Below, piece by piece: positions 13,261 to 27,500 of a DNA stretch of 64,000 nt. Made by a program: the position numbers and the translations under genes. The notes under the pieces were generated by a model that was not told the DNA's origin, did not search any database, and saw nothing but the letters and a program-made list of their open reading frames with translations. The DNA lies in assembly GCA_009103225.1 (NCBI GenBank), contig RHPI01002112.1, positions 76,283 to 140,282 on the forward strand. Direction: 5' to 3'. Position 1 is the stretch's first letter, and each line of letters begins with the position of its first letter. This DNA comes from Chlorokybus atmophyticus (Eukaryota > Plantae > Mesostigma and Chlorokybus algae).

Positions 13261-14545
13261 CCCCAGCCGTTACGTGCCCAACGAGGGCTCCTACCTCCCC
13301 CGCGCCCCCCACTGGAAGCTCGCGGGTGACCCGACGGGCGATCTGCGCGACATCAGCGTGATGAAGAGCTTCGGGGCGGACGTCCTCGCGGCGGCGTACG
13401 ACATCACGATGGAGGAGGTGGGTGAGAGTTAGAGTGGGTNNNNNNNNNNNNNNNNNNNNNNNNNNNNNNNNNNNNNNNNNNNNNNNNNNNNNNNNNNNNN
13501 NNNNNNNNNNNNNNNNNNNNNNNNNNNNNNNNNNNNNNNNNNNNNNNNNNNNNNNNNNNNNNNNNNNNNNNNNNNNNNNNNNNNNNNNNNNNNNNNNNNN
13601 NNNNNNNNNNNNNNNNNNNNNNNNNNNNNNNNNNNNNNNNNNNNNNNNNNNNNNNNNNNNNNNNNNNNNNNNNNNNNNNNNNNNNNNNNNNNNNNNNNNN
13701 NNNNNNNNNTGGGTGGGTGAGGGAGAGTGTGACATGTTGGTTCTTGGCTAGGCGAGAGAGTTGACCAAAGATGTGGGAGCGCGGTTCTTCAAGTTTGATG
13801 AAGAGTGCAAATCCGCACCGAGAAAGGAGGTGATTGCATCATTCTGCTCTTTTCTGAGACAACTCAATCAATGCTACTAACAATGTAACGTGGTCTTCCT
13901 CTTAGGCAAAGAGTGTTGGCTCCAACCCGTCCGACGGCAATCCCTACGTGTGCCACTTGAGCATGATGAAGCCGTCGGAGCAGAACGAGTACGGGGAGTT
14001 CCGCGCGTGCGATGCCAAGACACACCCCAACACGACGCTGGCGGACATGTCTGTCAACCACATGATCATCGGAAAGGTTGGTATCTAGCGCTGAATCAGT
14101 GTAACTAGTAGGACAACAGTTTTGCAAGGTCACACAGGCGTGTGCACTTTTGTGCACACGCACACACGCACACACGCACACGCACACGCACCCATACACC
14201 CACACACACTCGCTCAGGGTGCCTTGCGCCTGCCTCATTTCCATCCCGCGACGGCCTCCATCATCGTCGTCTGGAAGGGCCGCGTGAAGGTGACCATCGC
14301 CGGGCCGGAGGGACCGCTGCTGCTTGCTAGGTCGCTGTCTGAGGGGGACGTCTTCATCGTGCCACCGGTAAGAAAGGGGAGCTGTGTTGAGATAGAGTGG
14401 ACTTGGCTGGTGAAGAGTGTGTGATCTGTGTGTGGGTGATGGAATGTAGGGTCACCCGCACGTGGTGGTCACGCCGTGCGAGCAAGAAGCGGAGCTCATC
14501 GGCTTCCGTGGAAGCGCCACGGACAAAACAGTCTTCTTGTCAGGT

Positions 14546-14584
<39 letters not shown>

Positions 14585-14805
14585 CAGTCACTCACTCACT
14601 CACTCACTGTCCAGGTCCCGACAACCTCCTCCAGTCCCTTTCGTCCGAGTCCGGCTCCTACCTCTCGACCGTGTTCGGCATCGAGGAGCAGAAGATACGG
14701 CGCCTGGTCTCCAGCCAGAAGGAGCGGGGCTTCGCGGGAGATCCAAAGTGCGAACCACCAACGTGGGAGACCGCTGATGGAGGAGATTGGGTGAAGGAGT
14801 TGTGA
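12372..14805 (+). CDS. Secreted bicupin, vicilin/7S-globulin-like; 9 exons; start at 12372 or 12384
   Basis: Signal peptide MRSTTFLLLCACLSLLLLLSHQAREAWG. Cupin 1: LEPCATTMPYF...FIKSG, KDAVVVPVGH, SVMKSFGADVLAAAYDITMEE. Cupin 2: GALRLPHFHPATASIIVVWKG, LSEGDVFIVPPGHPH, FLSGPDNLLQSL...LSTVFGIEEQKIRRLVSSQKE. All junctions are in phase. Confidence 0.85.
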
Positions 14806-15536
14806 GATTTGAGAATATGTTGTGTTGTGTGGGTTTGTGCGGGTTTTGTGTGTGCTGTAGTGTGGTGCGTAAGGGAAAGATATTCTCTTGAGATGGCAGC
14901 TGCTTGTGATGTATAGATATGGACACAAGCTTGTGAAGTTCTTTGCCTATACCAACTACATGCTCAGCGCAGAGTGTGTGGTAGTCATTCGTGAAATGAG
15001 ACACGATGATCATCACATGGACACAACCAAGACACCGCAGCATCACCCGTGAAGATGCACTGTGTAGGGCAGATTAGTGACGTAGTCTTGCGTGCACACA
15101 ACGTGCCCTCAAGTTAACAACGACGCACAAAAAAAAAAAAAAAAAATGACATACACCGTCAACCGCCTCACATGTGAAGGTGGTCAGAAGAAGAAAAAAC
15201 TGTGGCTGTGACTGGGTGTTTGTGCTCATAACAAAGTTTGCCTGCAAACATCAACGCATGCGCGTGTGGTGATTGTGTTAGAGAGCGACACTGAGGACAG
15301 GTGCGGGTGAGTAAGGCAGCGCCGCCACACGTTATAACACCTTTCCGACGCGTATACTACAATTGCACAAGCACTTTCTGTTTCAAAACTACTACAACTC
15401 CCTCGCAAGCAATTGTTGGGTGGTAATATACACGAGTACTGTCATTTGACAGTACTCGCTTGTACTGTTACTACTATGTTCGCATGGGTACTGCTTCTAC
15501 TAAATCACCTAAACAAGCAGGCACTTTTGCCAGCCA

Positions 15537-18500
15537 TCATCGCCTCTTCTCTGCGCCAGACAGGCCCGCCCCGCACCGCGCGACAAGGAATGCTGCATTG
15601 CGTTGGGCTTCTTGATCAACATCGGCGTCATTGGCGGCAACGAGTGCGTGTAGAGCGTCGAGTGCGCCGGGTTGAGATTGAAGGGCTGATAGCACCGCGG
15701 CAGTGCTGAGCACGGATCGGCCTTGTTGTGAGTTAGAGTGGGAGGAGTTGTTGTTGTTGTTGCCAATGCTGCTGCCGTTGTTGTTGTTGTTGGGTCCGCC
15801 TTGCATCCAGTTGGTCTTGTTGGTGCGGGTGCGCAGGGGGCTGCCGAGGGAGTTGTTGCCGCCGTTGTTGTTGTTGGAGCTGTTGTTGGTGTTGTTGGTG
15901 ATGTAGCTGTTGTTGCTGTCGCCGAAAGAGGAACGAGCCTTGTCGTGAATGATGTTGCGGAGGGCGCCCGTGGCGCCTGCCACAAGCATCTGGTCCCCTG
16001 TGCATGGTCGCAAAAGAGTGTTGGCAACATGCTGGAGAGAACAGGAGCTACATACAACTCTGCGAGCCACTCAACTCAATGCGCACACACGCGCTCGCAC
16101 ATGCATCCACGCACGCGTACACACACAAGCACATGGACATGGACGTGTGCACGTGACAAGATTGCTGTTTGTACCCGTGCACAGCAGAGAGGCAAGAGAA
16201 GGCACAGCGCTGCTGTGTCCCGCAATGGTGTCGGACGCATCGCGCGTCTGCGCCAGGTTCGCCAGCGCCTGCGTGGCGTAGACGCGCGCCATGTAGTGTG
16301 CCGCTTCGCTCTCTGCTTCCTCGGGATCGGTTGTGTCTTTGAGGCTGCTCTTCGGGCGCTCTGTGATGGACGGGTGGGTTCATCAAGTGCATGTGTTTGT
16401 GTGTGTGCAAAGGCATGTCACTGTAATACAATTCTCTCTCTTACCTTGCAGAAGCGACACCAACCCGTCAAGTGCGCCATCATAAGCCAGTATGCTCGTA
16501 TGCGTAGCCTGAGACTCCGCAAGGTTTCTCAAAGCGCCCGCTGCTGTGACCGCACCCTGCCAACACGTATCAAGACTCGATGACTGTTGGACACGGTGTG
16601 GGTTGTAGCAAAAACAACTCAACCGGGCAGTAGAAGTAGATAAGCACACACTCCACGAGCTTACCTGTGTGTTGGTAGTGACCGCGTGCAGAAGGGCTAC
16701 CATACCACCGATGACACCATCGCTTGCAGCAATGGGCTCCTGCATACCAACACATTCAGACAACGCAACATGCATTCCAACAAAAACTCCATTAACCCCA
16801 ACTGAGGCTTACCTGGTTTTCGGTGCAGTTGGCCAAGTTGCCCAGCGCGCAAGCAGCGTACACTCGAGTCTCCTGCCTTGGGGCCCTCAGCAGCATAGAC
16901 AGCCCGGACAGGGCGCCTGGCTCACGTGCAAGTACACGCTGCAAGGCACAGAAGAGAAGGCACAATTACAATGCTTGTGGTGCTTGGCTTGTGGCTTGTC
17001 ATCACGCATGGTATCTCTCGAAGGGCTTGCAGCGCAGCCACATGTGCACATATAGTGCGCACACCCGTGCGCACAATGTGTGTTCGTAAGCACGCAGACA
17101 CGCACGCATTCGTGCAGCATGCAATGGTGTACAGACCTGTGCATAAATTCCAGACTCAGCCAGCAAGCCCATCGTTGCTGCCGCTGTGGTGGACGCTCCT
17201 GGCCCGGCGTTGAGCACGCTGATGATGGCCGGGACCGCCCCTTCACAGCGCAGTATGGACGAGCAGCCCACCTGCATGACAGAGAATGAGACACAGAATC
17301 CCCACATAGCCGCATTTCAGTCATACCTTGGTGGTTGCTAGTCTGCTCAGCAGCGCCAAGGCGTCCAGTGCGGCGACCGCAGCGGCGTCGCCGTCGATTG
17401 CCTTCAGCTGCTCTGATGCGGCGCCGCCGTACGCGTCCGCGAGGAGACGGGTAAGGGACTCGACGACTACCTCTACGCTCTGAACAAGATCATAGTAAGA
17501 AGGCAGTGGACAGCTTTGTCTGGGATACAATGAGTAAAGAGTTGTGTGGCAGGCACAACGCCGAGTGATAGTGTGATAAGTGTGCCTTTAAGTATAAGGA
17601 TGTGTGTGTCCGCCACACAACCGTGCTGCTGTGCATAGCCCACTCACACGCATGCACGCACGCACACGCACACACACACACGCGCATTGCACGAATGCAT
17701 CGCAGAGAATGTGCCAAACACGCGCATACACGCACACGCACACGCACACGCACACGCACACGCACACACACCATGCCTACCTGGAGCATGCGATCCAGGA
17801 CGACCTGCCCGTACACCTCCGCAACGTGGCACACGGTGCTGGCTGCCGCCAGCGCCACGGGCGTGGGTTTTCTCTGTCTCTGTCCCGCGGTGGCGGGCTT
17901 GTTGTCGACGGAGTGGCTGCGGAGACCAAAGAGCAGCGACCCGATCAGGTCCACGGGACGCCAGTGCTCCGCGATGGACTTGGCGAAATCGACGTCGGCG
18001 GAGAGCTCCTTTAGGGCTGGCGAGGGGGTAATATATGTGAGAGAATGGACAATTGTGGACATGCACATACACATAGACGTGTGCGAGCGCGCACGCGCAA
18101 ACACACGCACAATTGCACACACATGCGTGCCCATGCACACGCACGCACGCACGCATACACGCGTATGACATCGCGTGCTGTTTACCTGAGAACGCTGCGG
18201 CCTTGACTTGATCGTTTCGTGATGTTGTCAATGCTGCCAGTGTCGACACCAATCCTCGCATCTGAAAGACCACACAGAGGGATGCACATGTGTCAGTGTT
18301 GGTTTGTGTACTATATTCTGTCGTGTGTCTTGTCACAACAAGTGTACCTGGCGCACGAATTGGGCTGCTGGACAGTACGTCGCCAAGGCAGCAACCAGCG
18401 AGGCCGCGCCCATAGCAAGGGCGGTCAGCTCGCCTTTGATGCGAGCAGTGGGTTGTTGTTGCTGTTGTTGTTGTTGCGTCGCGGCGGGAGGGACAGCTGG

Positions 18501-21500
18501 CTGTTGCTGGGCCTGGTTTGGTACAGGCTGCGGACTCAAGCTGGTGTTGAGAGGGCTGACCAGGCTCGGGCTCAGCATCGACGCTTCCGATGTCCCAGTT
18601 GCTGCATGCGTCGACGTGCGTTGGGGTGACCTCCAATGTGCGTGCGTGCGTGAGTGTGCATGTATGTGCGTGTTCTACATATGCATACGTGTAAAGCATG
18701 TGCGGTTTACCAGAAAAGACGCCTGGCGACATGCTTGGGTTGGGACTCGGGGTCGGATACGGGCTCAACGCAGCGTTGATCGGGCTCGGGTTAGGTGTTG
18801 GGCTGAAAATGTGCACATACGATGAGTATGACTCAGGAAGGCTCATGATAATGCCACATACTGTCCAACGGTGTCATATGTACCTGGGTGTGGAGAGCGC
18901 ATCGTTGCTCATGCTCGGGCTGTTCTGCTCCTGTAAGTTGGGCGAAGGGCTCCCGGCCTCAACATAGCCATGCCCACCCATCAGCTCCACAAGCCGCTCG
19001 ATAAGCGCTCCTTTGCACCTCTCAGCCATAAGCCTGTGTTGCAGTGACACAACATCAAGATCTGTTCAACACCACAGCTTCCTCTGCTATACACACCTGG
19101 CGCCCGAGTTGGGTTGGTCCAGAGCAAAGAGGCGCATGATCTCCATGTAGCAAAGCAGGTTGGCGCGACGATCGTCCGTGAGGAACGCGTCCGTCACGGC
19201 GTCGACGGCAACGGGGCGTCTCAGAAGCACCGCACGCAAGGACTCGACCACCGCAAGACTGCAAGAAAGCACCAGGCTTAGCACATGACAATTCTCTCAT
19301 GTATAGTGGTCAGGTGGTTCTTGTTGCTTACTTGCATAGGGTGCCAGCGCAGTAGTGGCGCAGTTTGGCATCGCGTGAGCGTAGCATGAGTGCGAGGGCG
19401 TCCAAGCTGCCGGACACGGCGCCAATGGCAGTGACGCCAACGCTGCTGCCGCTGAGGTTGACAAGTGCACCTGAGGAGGGCGCAAGCTTGAGCCTTAGCA
19501 GTACTGCCATGGCTGGCGATCTCACTCAAACGCACACGCAGGTGCATGCACTCGTGCACACCCATGCATGTGCATGAACGCGCGCACGCATTGTGTGAAA
19601 CAGAGTGTGTAACGCACCGGCGGCTGCTCTTCTTGCATCGGGGCTCGGCTTGCCACCGCGCGGCAGTAGCGCAAGCAAAGCGGGCACGCCGTCTGGCACA
19701 GATGCCAGCTCCCTGCGCCCTCTCTCGCAGAGGGCGAGATTTCTTACTGCCCCAGCAGCAGTCTCTTTGATCTGCACAACATCACCACATTATTGAACAT
19801 CCCATCACACGGGCGGCAGTCTCCTTGCCAGATGTACCTGCATGTCATCGTGTCGTAGTAACACAACAAGGCCACGCACGCCACCAGGAGCGGCCGCAAC
19901 CGCCTCCTGCGAAGCTATGTGGTTGGCCAAGTTGCCGAGCGTACCCGCCGCATACGCCTGCCAGCGACACATACATAAGTAAAATGCAACAACACTGTCA
20001 CAGCACAGCCACACAACACTCACCTGTGCCATTGTGTCGTTGCACGTAAGCGCCGACACCAGTCCCGCGAGCGCACCCGCAGCGGCAACGATGCGGGCAG
20101 CAAGCGCCGCGCTCTGGGAGAGGAAACTGAGGGCGGCAACGGCGTGTGCGCGCGCGGGAGTCTCGCACTCGACCAGGTTCACGAGGGCGGTGACGGCGCC
20201 GTCGGTGGCGCCGATCATCGTGCGGAGAGTGTCGTGCTGCGCCAGCGAACTGAAAATACCAGTCGCATACGCCTGCAGGTAGGTGCAAGTGTCAATAAAC
20301 TTCAGTGCGAGTAGCAAGGAACAACAGGACGCACAGAAAGACAGCACACACTCACGCACACACTCACACACATCGCCGCACATACGCGCGCATGCACATG
20401 CACACATGCATACAGCAAGCGTGTGACCTCATTCACTCACCTGCAGGTATTGGTCTGGAGATGACGCAGCAGCCACAACGCCGTTCAGCACGCCCGCAGA
20501 CGAGCCGAACTTGTCTTGCATGGGTTCGACATGCGCGAGTGCGCACAACGCGCGGCCTGCGGCTAGTCGCGTACTTTCTGGTATGTCTGCAATGGCAATG
20601 ATAGTGAGAGTAAGTTGCTTGTGACATTCAAAGCAAGCAGGCGCCTCAGGCAAGACGGTGCATTGTAACAACAACACACAAGCCAGGAGTCATCAACGGC
20701 AAGCGGCAAGCAAGCATGACAGTGAGACAGCTGTTGGCAGAAACTATCTAACAATCAACATTAAGCTATCATCGAAGGAGGCAACAAACATTAGTTTCTT
20801 TTACATGAAGCACTAATGCAAATCACTCACCACCGTTTAACCAGCAATAATGTACTGAGGACACGCTGAAATGCTTTAACACAGTCAGTCATAAGATTGA
20901 GACAAGGCCTTACCGTCATAGAGCAGGTCTGCCAGTCCAGAAAGCACAGCAGCTCCCTTTGCGGCAATGAAGTCCATGGAACAGCCGGCATCCGTAATCT
21001 CCGCTAACACTGTCGCAGAAGCAGCAGCACCCTCATGACGAGTCACCAGACATACGCCTGGCTCATCTCTCTGCAGAACACAGACATTGAGTGAGTTGAT
21101 GTGTCTAGTATCCATGCACGCTACCACGCACACGCGCACAAACATGCACGCACACACGTGCACACACTTATCTATACTGTCACACGCATTTTTGCTTGAA
21201 TCATGAGATTGTACCTTGTGTTCGCTGTCATCTTCCTGTTGCACCTCTTGAAGACAGACTTCCAACCCGCAAAGCAGCCCGTCCGGTTCGGCCAGCACAA
21301 GCTCTATGATGCTCGGCAGCGCCTCCAGAACAGCCGCAGCTGCGGTTGCGTGTATGGACGGGTGCGCGTGACGCATCATTCGCAGCAAGGTTGACACAAC
21401 CTGACATACAAAGAATCAGTGAACATGTGGGCGCGTGCGCGCTCATGAATGCATTCATCGGTGTATGTGTGCATACGTGCGCGTGCATGCTTGCGTGCGT

Positions 21501-24500
21501 GTGTGCGCTACAATTGCAGCATTATGAAATACACCACAGGTGAGTTCCATTGGCGTACGTGCCAGCACGCAGGCACGTACGCCGATGGAACTCACCTGTG
21601 GTGTATGTACAGAGGTGTGTTGCGCTTGCGCGAATAGCAACAGCGCCGTCGTGGCATTCACAACAACCTCATCCGGAAACTGCGCTTCCCTGGGCGCATT
21701 TTCATCAACTTCACCCCCAAGCGACCTGGTGCTGTTCTGTCTGGACACGGGCGGCTTTACACTTACACCGCCACCTTTAATCAACAGTTGCACTGTTGAT
21801 GCAACTGCTTCATCTATCAACGTTGCTATATCCGGCTTGTTGATGTCCAGCACTGGCACGATCGATGCGCACAGCAACGCGCAGCGCATCTGTGCTTGCA
21901 ATGCCACCGGCACGTTGTCTTGCAGCTGTTTGCATCTCAGCAACAAGGAAGACAAGCAACTTGTCAAGTTCGGCAAGGCGGCGACGGTTGCTCTGTTGCT
22001 GTCATCAGCGTTGCTGATGAAGAACAGCGCCAAAGCCGTAGCACTCGCTTGTATCATAACTTCTTCTGCATGGAGATGCAAAGCACTCGCTTTGCCGGCA
22101 ACGTTGTCCGGTTCATTGTTCGTCCACGATGACGCTGCTGGTTTCGCTGCCATGTGTATCAAACACGACAAGCTGCTCGGTATCCCTTCGCGGGTGCCGA
22201 CGATGGTCACTGTCTCAGGATGGCGCCTCATGACATCAATCAAGGCTTCGGTCGCTGCCAGCTGGCGCGTCTTGCCGGTGTCGACAATAACCTGCCCGGA
22301 TGCCACGCGCGTGACACGCTCGGGGATCTTCACTTTGAGCTTTGCGAGGTTGGCCTTCGCTGCGGTTTTGTCAGGTTGCAACATGACGCCGAGTGCGTCA
22401 ATCAGCGCGGTGTCGGGGGGAGGAAGTTGCTCTAAACACTCCCGCAAGACCTGCAAACAAGCAGGTTGCATGTGTTGTACAATGAATGCGTGAATTCTGG
22501 AGCTACACCTGCCAGAGCGTGTGTTTGTGTGCATGTGCGTGTGCGTGCGTGCATGCGTGCGTGCACCCACACACGCACACATCCGAGCATGTGCGCATGC
22601 ATGTGTGCGCCCGCGCTCGTGTATGTGTGTGTGTGTGTAATCGTGCAATGGCCAGACCTGTGAGCAGGCGATGGCTGTCCGCGGGTCGGTAGCGCGCAGG
22701 CCAGCCCGCAGTGACGAAGCGAACTGCGGGAGTGCCACGAGCTCAGCCCTGCCTTCCGCATTCGTCGCTTCACACATCCTCAACAACACCAGACTCGCGT
22801 GGAGCGAAGCCACCCCCTCATCCGTGCAAAGCAACCCCAGCAGCTTCTCCACAATATCAGTCTCTTGCAGCAACTCATCCTGCGCAACGAAGACACTCTC
22901 ATCCTCTGCATGACATGTGTGAAGACAACGACAACAATACAAACAGATCAGCATGTTGGGATGTTGCAACGTACTGCAATAGAGGGGTCTGCAGCAAGCT
23001 CGTATAGTGCCTGCGCAACCGCCCAAGAGACACCTGGTCTCGTAAGTGTCTCTGCACAGGCAGTCAAGAAGTCCGGGTACTCAAAGACCGCGACTCGCCA
23101 GTTCGGGTCTGCGGCGAGGGCGGCGAGGCAGAGAGCAGCGGCCTGGTGCGGCCCATGAGTGGCATCCTGCGATTTCCAGTTTGGTGGTAAGGCAACGAGA
23201 CAGTATAGACGCTCACGCGCAGACACGCGCGCACACGCACACGCTCACACACGTATACGCACACGCTTGCACGGATGCACTCACGCAGGCAGACACAGGA
23301 AGATAGAGAGTGTGTGTGCGCGTGTGGATGTGCGCACTCATTCTCTCTCTCTCTCTTGCTGTGCTTGGTGGGGCGACAAAAAACAACTGACGTATGCACG
23401 CATCCATGAGCGCACACACATAGATACAGACACAGAGAAAGAGACAATTTGTGTGCCCATGCGCACATGTGCACGCATGCGCTTGCGTGTACGCACATAT
23501 ACGCACGCCAGCGGAAATGGAAGGATTGCATGCACGTGTGTGCACGTGTGCATGTGTGTTCTGGCGTGAGACTCACCTCTGAAGCAGACACAAGCAGATC
23601 GAACAGAAGCTGCAGGGCCGTGTCCAGCACGTTGTCTGTGAGATCAACACCCGCGCGCGTGAGCCCGCGCACGAGCTGTGCGAAGGCTTGCGTAGCGGCG
23701 GTCTGAGCTGCTGGCGCAGGTAGCCGAAGCATCCGCAGCAGATGCAGAAGCAAGTTGGGTGCCGCCTGTTGACACCAACACATGTCAGTTAATTACATAC
23801 TGTGTTAAGCAGCAAACACACATGCAACTCAACCTACTGCAATCTGTGCACAGCACTCGGGACTACAGGCCAACTTTTGCAGTGCGTCTGCCAGCACAGC
23901 TGCTGCTGTCCGCAATCGAAGCCTGCATGCAATCAGTCTGTCAACTGGCAGGCGACATATCAGTGGGATATAAGGCGACACTTGCTCAGTAGAGTGACAA
24001 AATGTTCATGATGACTTGGCTTCATGCAGATAGCGCAATGGGGCATACCTTTTGGAGCTTTTGCGAAGCGTGGACTCGCCTTTTGTGGACGTCGCACGGC
24101 GCAGCAGAACTGTCACGGCTGGAAGCAGTGCCTCCATCTCCAACACCTAACTTGATCGCACGCAGTGCTTCAGTCAGCGGTGAGTGTTTGTAGGAGTGAG
24201 TGCTTGTGCGTTTGAGAGAGTGATATGCCACCTGAATCTTGATAGGGTCTTGCAGGACGTCGGCCAGTCGCACGAGCGTGGACGCTGCCCGTTCAGGTAC
24301 ACGGCCCTCTGTAACCACAATGGCATGTCAAACACACAGACACACGCGTTGTCTCAATGTGTTATCAATTGTACGACGAGGACAGGTGGCATGAAGATGG
24401 CGTTGAGTATCGATATACCTACCATGACACGCCAATAGAGTGGACAGCGTTGCCAGAAGCCCGTTCTGTGACTGGAGCATACGATCGCGCGCGGCGTCAA

Positions 24501-27500
24501 CAGTGCTGGAGGCTTCTCCTGCTGCTACTACGAAGACCTCCAGCGCAGCAGCCGCTGATGCCTGCAGCAGTATGCCCAGCATCAAAGAACCGTTTTTGAT
24601 TGATCAACTTGTGCATGCGCGCGTACGCGTGTGAGTGCATGTGTTTGTGCGTGCATGCGCGCGTGTGTGCGCAGCAAGGCTAACAAAGGCATGATACTCT
24701 ATAGGAGGCATGCCATCATACTCATACTCAATTATGCAATGTTCAAGACAGTTTCTGTCAGCACCTGCACTTCGGCTTCTTTCGATACAGCCAGCCGCAT
24801 AACAAGCTCCGGTAGCGGTCCATACAGCAGAGGCCAGTTCTGACTCACGCTGAGACCAAAGTGCCCCACGAACCCGCTTGCCTGAACGACAACAACAACA
24901 ACATGTCAACCCACACGCATGCACGCGCATCAAGGTGGGTGTACATACTTCACTTCTGACCTGATGGCGAGCATAGTCCGCAACCGTGATGTTGGCCAGG
25001 ATGGAAGCCGCGAGATGTCCCGCCTTGCGCCCGACATCATCCGGCAGCGAGCTTTTTGGCGACGGCAGCAAACCGGGCGACTTGGGAGTGGTTGGGGATG
25101 TGGGTTCCGTGTCCACGCCATCTGCTAGCGACGCCATGGGCACCGCAGCAACCTTCAGGAAGGTCTCCATTGTGGACACGAGCGGTGCGCCGTCTACGGT
25201 GGCTTCCTGTGCTGCAATGTTACACGGATTGTCAGATCATTCCTTGAAAGTAGACAAAAGCTGCAGGGGACAGAGACCCACACACAACACGTACACACGT
25301 GCGCACGCATGCACATGCGCACGCATTGGCACATGCACGTGCGCACCCTTGCACACGCGCAAATGCACACACGCACACACATGCACGTGGACACCCGCAC
25401 TCCCCATTCCAACATGCACACTTACTTCTTGGTTGGCCCTGCAGAAGGATGCACTCAAGGTTGCCTGGCCGCTTAGAGAGGTTCTTGACCGCGCCGGCAG
25501 CGGCCAAAGCGCCAGCAAGGTTGCCGGTCGCCATCATGAGCGTCATCAGCGCCGCAACCGCCCCGGGTGCACGCCCAATGCGATCCTGCGCACATGCACA
25601 CAAGCACACAACTCAGCGAGCATCAAGGTGCGTGCGTGCATGCCTGCCTGCTCGCGCGTGTGGGTGGGTGTATGTGAGTACACGTGTGCGTGCATATGGC
25701 ATGCACCTGCGCAAATACCTGTACAACAAGCTGAGCTTGCATTGTGCGCGGCGACCCAAACCCCACGCTTTGTCTTCCGTTCCCCGACCCCGGCGACAGC
25801 GCCAGGTATGGCGACGACCCATACGAGCGCGGGCTGGTTTTGCCTGCAACCGGCGATGGCGAGCGTCGGTCCGTGACGAGAGCCGACATAGCGTATGCGC
25901 CCCCTCCGGTGAACAAGCTGTTGCGCGCAGATGGGGATGCGAGGTCACCATTCTGCGCGGCCTTCTCCTTGTCGGAAGCTACGGTCAGGTTTTTCAAAGC
26001 ACCGGCAATGTAGGCTGCCGCGTCCGAGTTGATTGCCAAGCTCACCTGCAGCACATAAAGTTGATGGACATACCCAACACACCTGCACTAAACGCCACAG
26101 CGTTGTGTGTGCTTGTGTGTGGGTTGTGCCGTGTGCCAACATTGTGTGTGTGTGTTGAATGTTTGCGTTCTCGCACAAGCATTTGCGGGTGTGTTAGCAG
26201 TTAAGCGTTCAACATGGCAAAACAACTGTGCACTACCAATACGACAGAGGCTTGCAAAGATGTGCACAACTATCAGCAGAAAGCACTTACTGCTCGTCGC
26301 AATGCGTCAATCAGGACTGTCAATGCTGCAGGATGGCTGATGATGGCCTCTTTGCAATCGGGGTCCAGCGCAAGCACGCCCAACACCCCGCCTCCATGTG
26401 CAGCGCCCGTCCAGCCATTGGTCTCTTGCGATGACAACTTTGTTGACGGCAAGTCACCTGCAACACGAGCATTGTTCGTACAAGGCGTGCTCGAAAACAT
26501 ACATACTGCTACTACCCCAGCGCAACTTCAACCTGCCGACACCGACCTGGTTTTGGGCAGAACACTTGGTTTGCGGCTTCAGTTCCATCAACAATCAGTG
26601 CCGTGACTCCATCAATTACGCCAGGTGTGAGCCCAACAGAACGCCTCTCCTCGCCTTCGCCCTCGGCAAGCTTCCAGATGGCACCTGCTGCAGCCACCCT
26701 GGCAGCCCGCAGATTGCATATGAGACATGAGGCTACGCCACCTCCACATGTTGTGACGCACACGCACATGCGCACCGGCACGCTTGCGCAGATAAACATA
26801 CATGTACAGACACGTATAGTTAGTGACTTGCCTCAGTGCCCATGGCCCGTCTGCATGCAGGGCAGTTGCGAGCGCTTCAAGTGTTTGCGAGTGCAAAGCA
26901 GCTTTGTGCCGGAACTCCTTGTCATTGGCTAAGTTGCAGAGCGTGCCAGCGGCATGCACGCGCGCGCTGCAGTCGTCCTCCAGATCCGACTGTGTGTCTG
27001 GTAAAGTGACAGTTATGCGTGTGTGTGTGCGCGTGTATGTGTGTGTGCGCGCAACCCCCCTGAAAGTCACTATTTCTCTCAACAAATGGACGATCAGATG
27101 TTCAGTACAGCAAAACTCACCAGCCAACAGCCCAGTGATCGCGGGCAATGCGTCCGTGATCACCCCAACAGCTGAACTTGTTTCTGTGTCGGCCAAGGTA
27201 AGGTTCCAAAGTGCGCCTGGAAAAGATTAGGAAGGATGTTGGCAGTGCAGTGCACACTTTTCTAGCGTGCTTTTCATACGCAAGCAAGGCTGGTGCAATT
27301 CCTTACCGGCTGCGGGTGCTCGCACGCAGCTATAGGGAGACCGTAACAACGCGATCAGCGAGTGCAACACGTTGGGCGAAGTGGCAATACGCGCGCAATG
27401 CGTTGGCTCCAACGCCAGATTCCACACGGCTCCAGCAGCAAATGCCTGGCGGCATAACAATGCATAAACACGCGCTCAAGTTGCCAGCATCACGGCATTC

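Noticed and set aside
15129-15146. A18 tract as a possible retroposon tail
   Set aside because: No TSD or recognisable SINE/LINE body; it lies between convergent 3' ends.
15703-27000. Numerous plus-strand ORFs over the ARM gene
   Set aside because: They are antisense shadows of GC-rich exons or CA/TG repeat translations.
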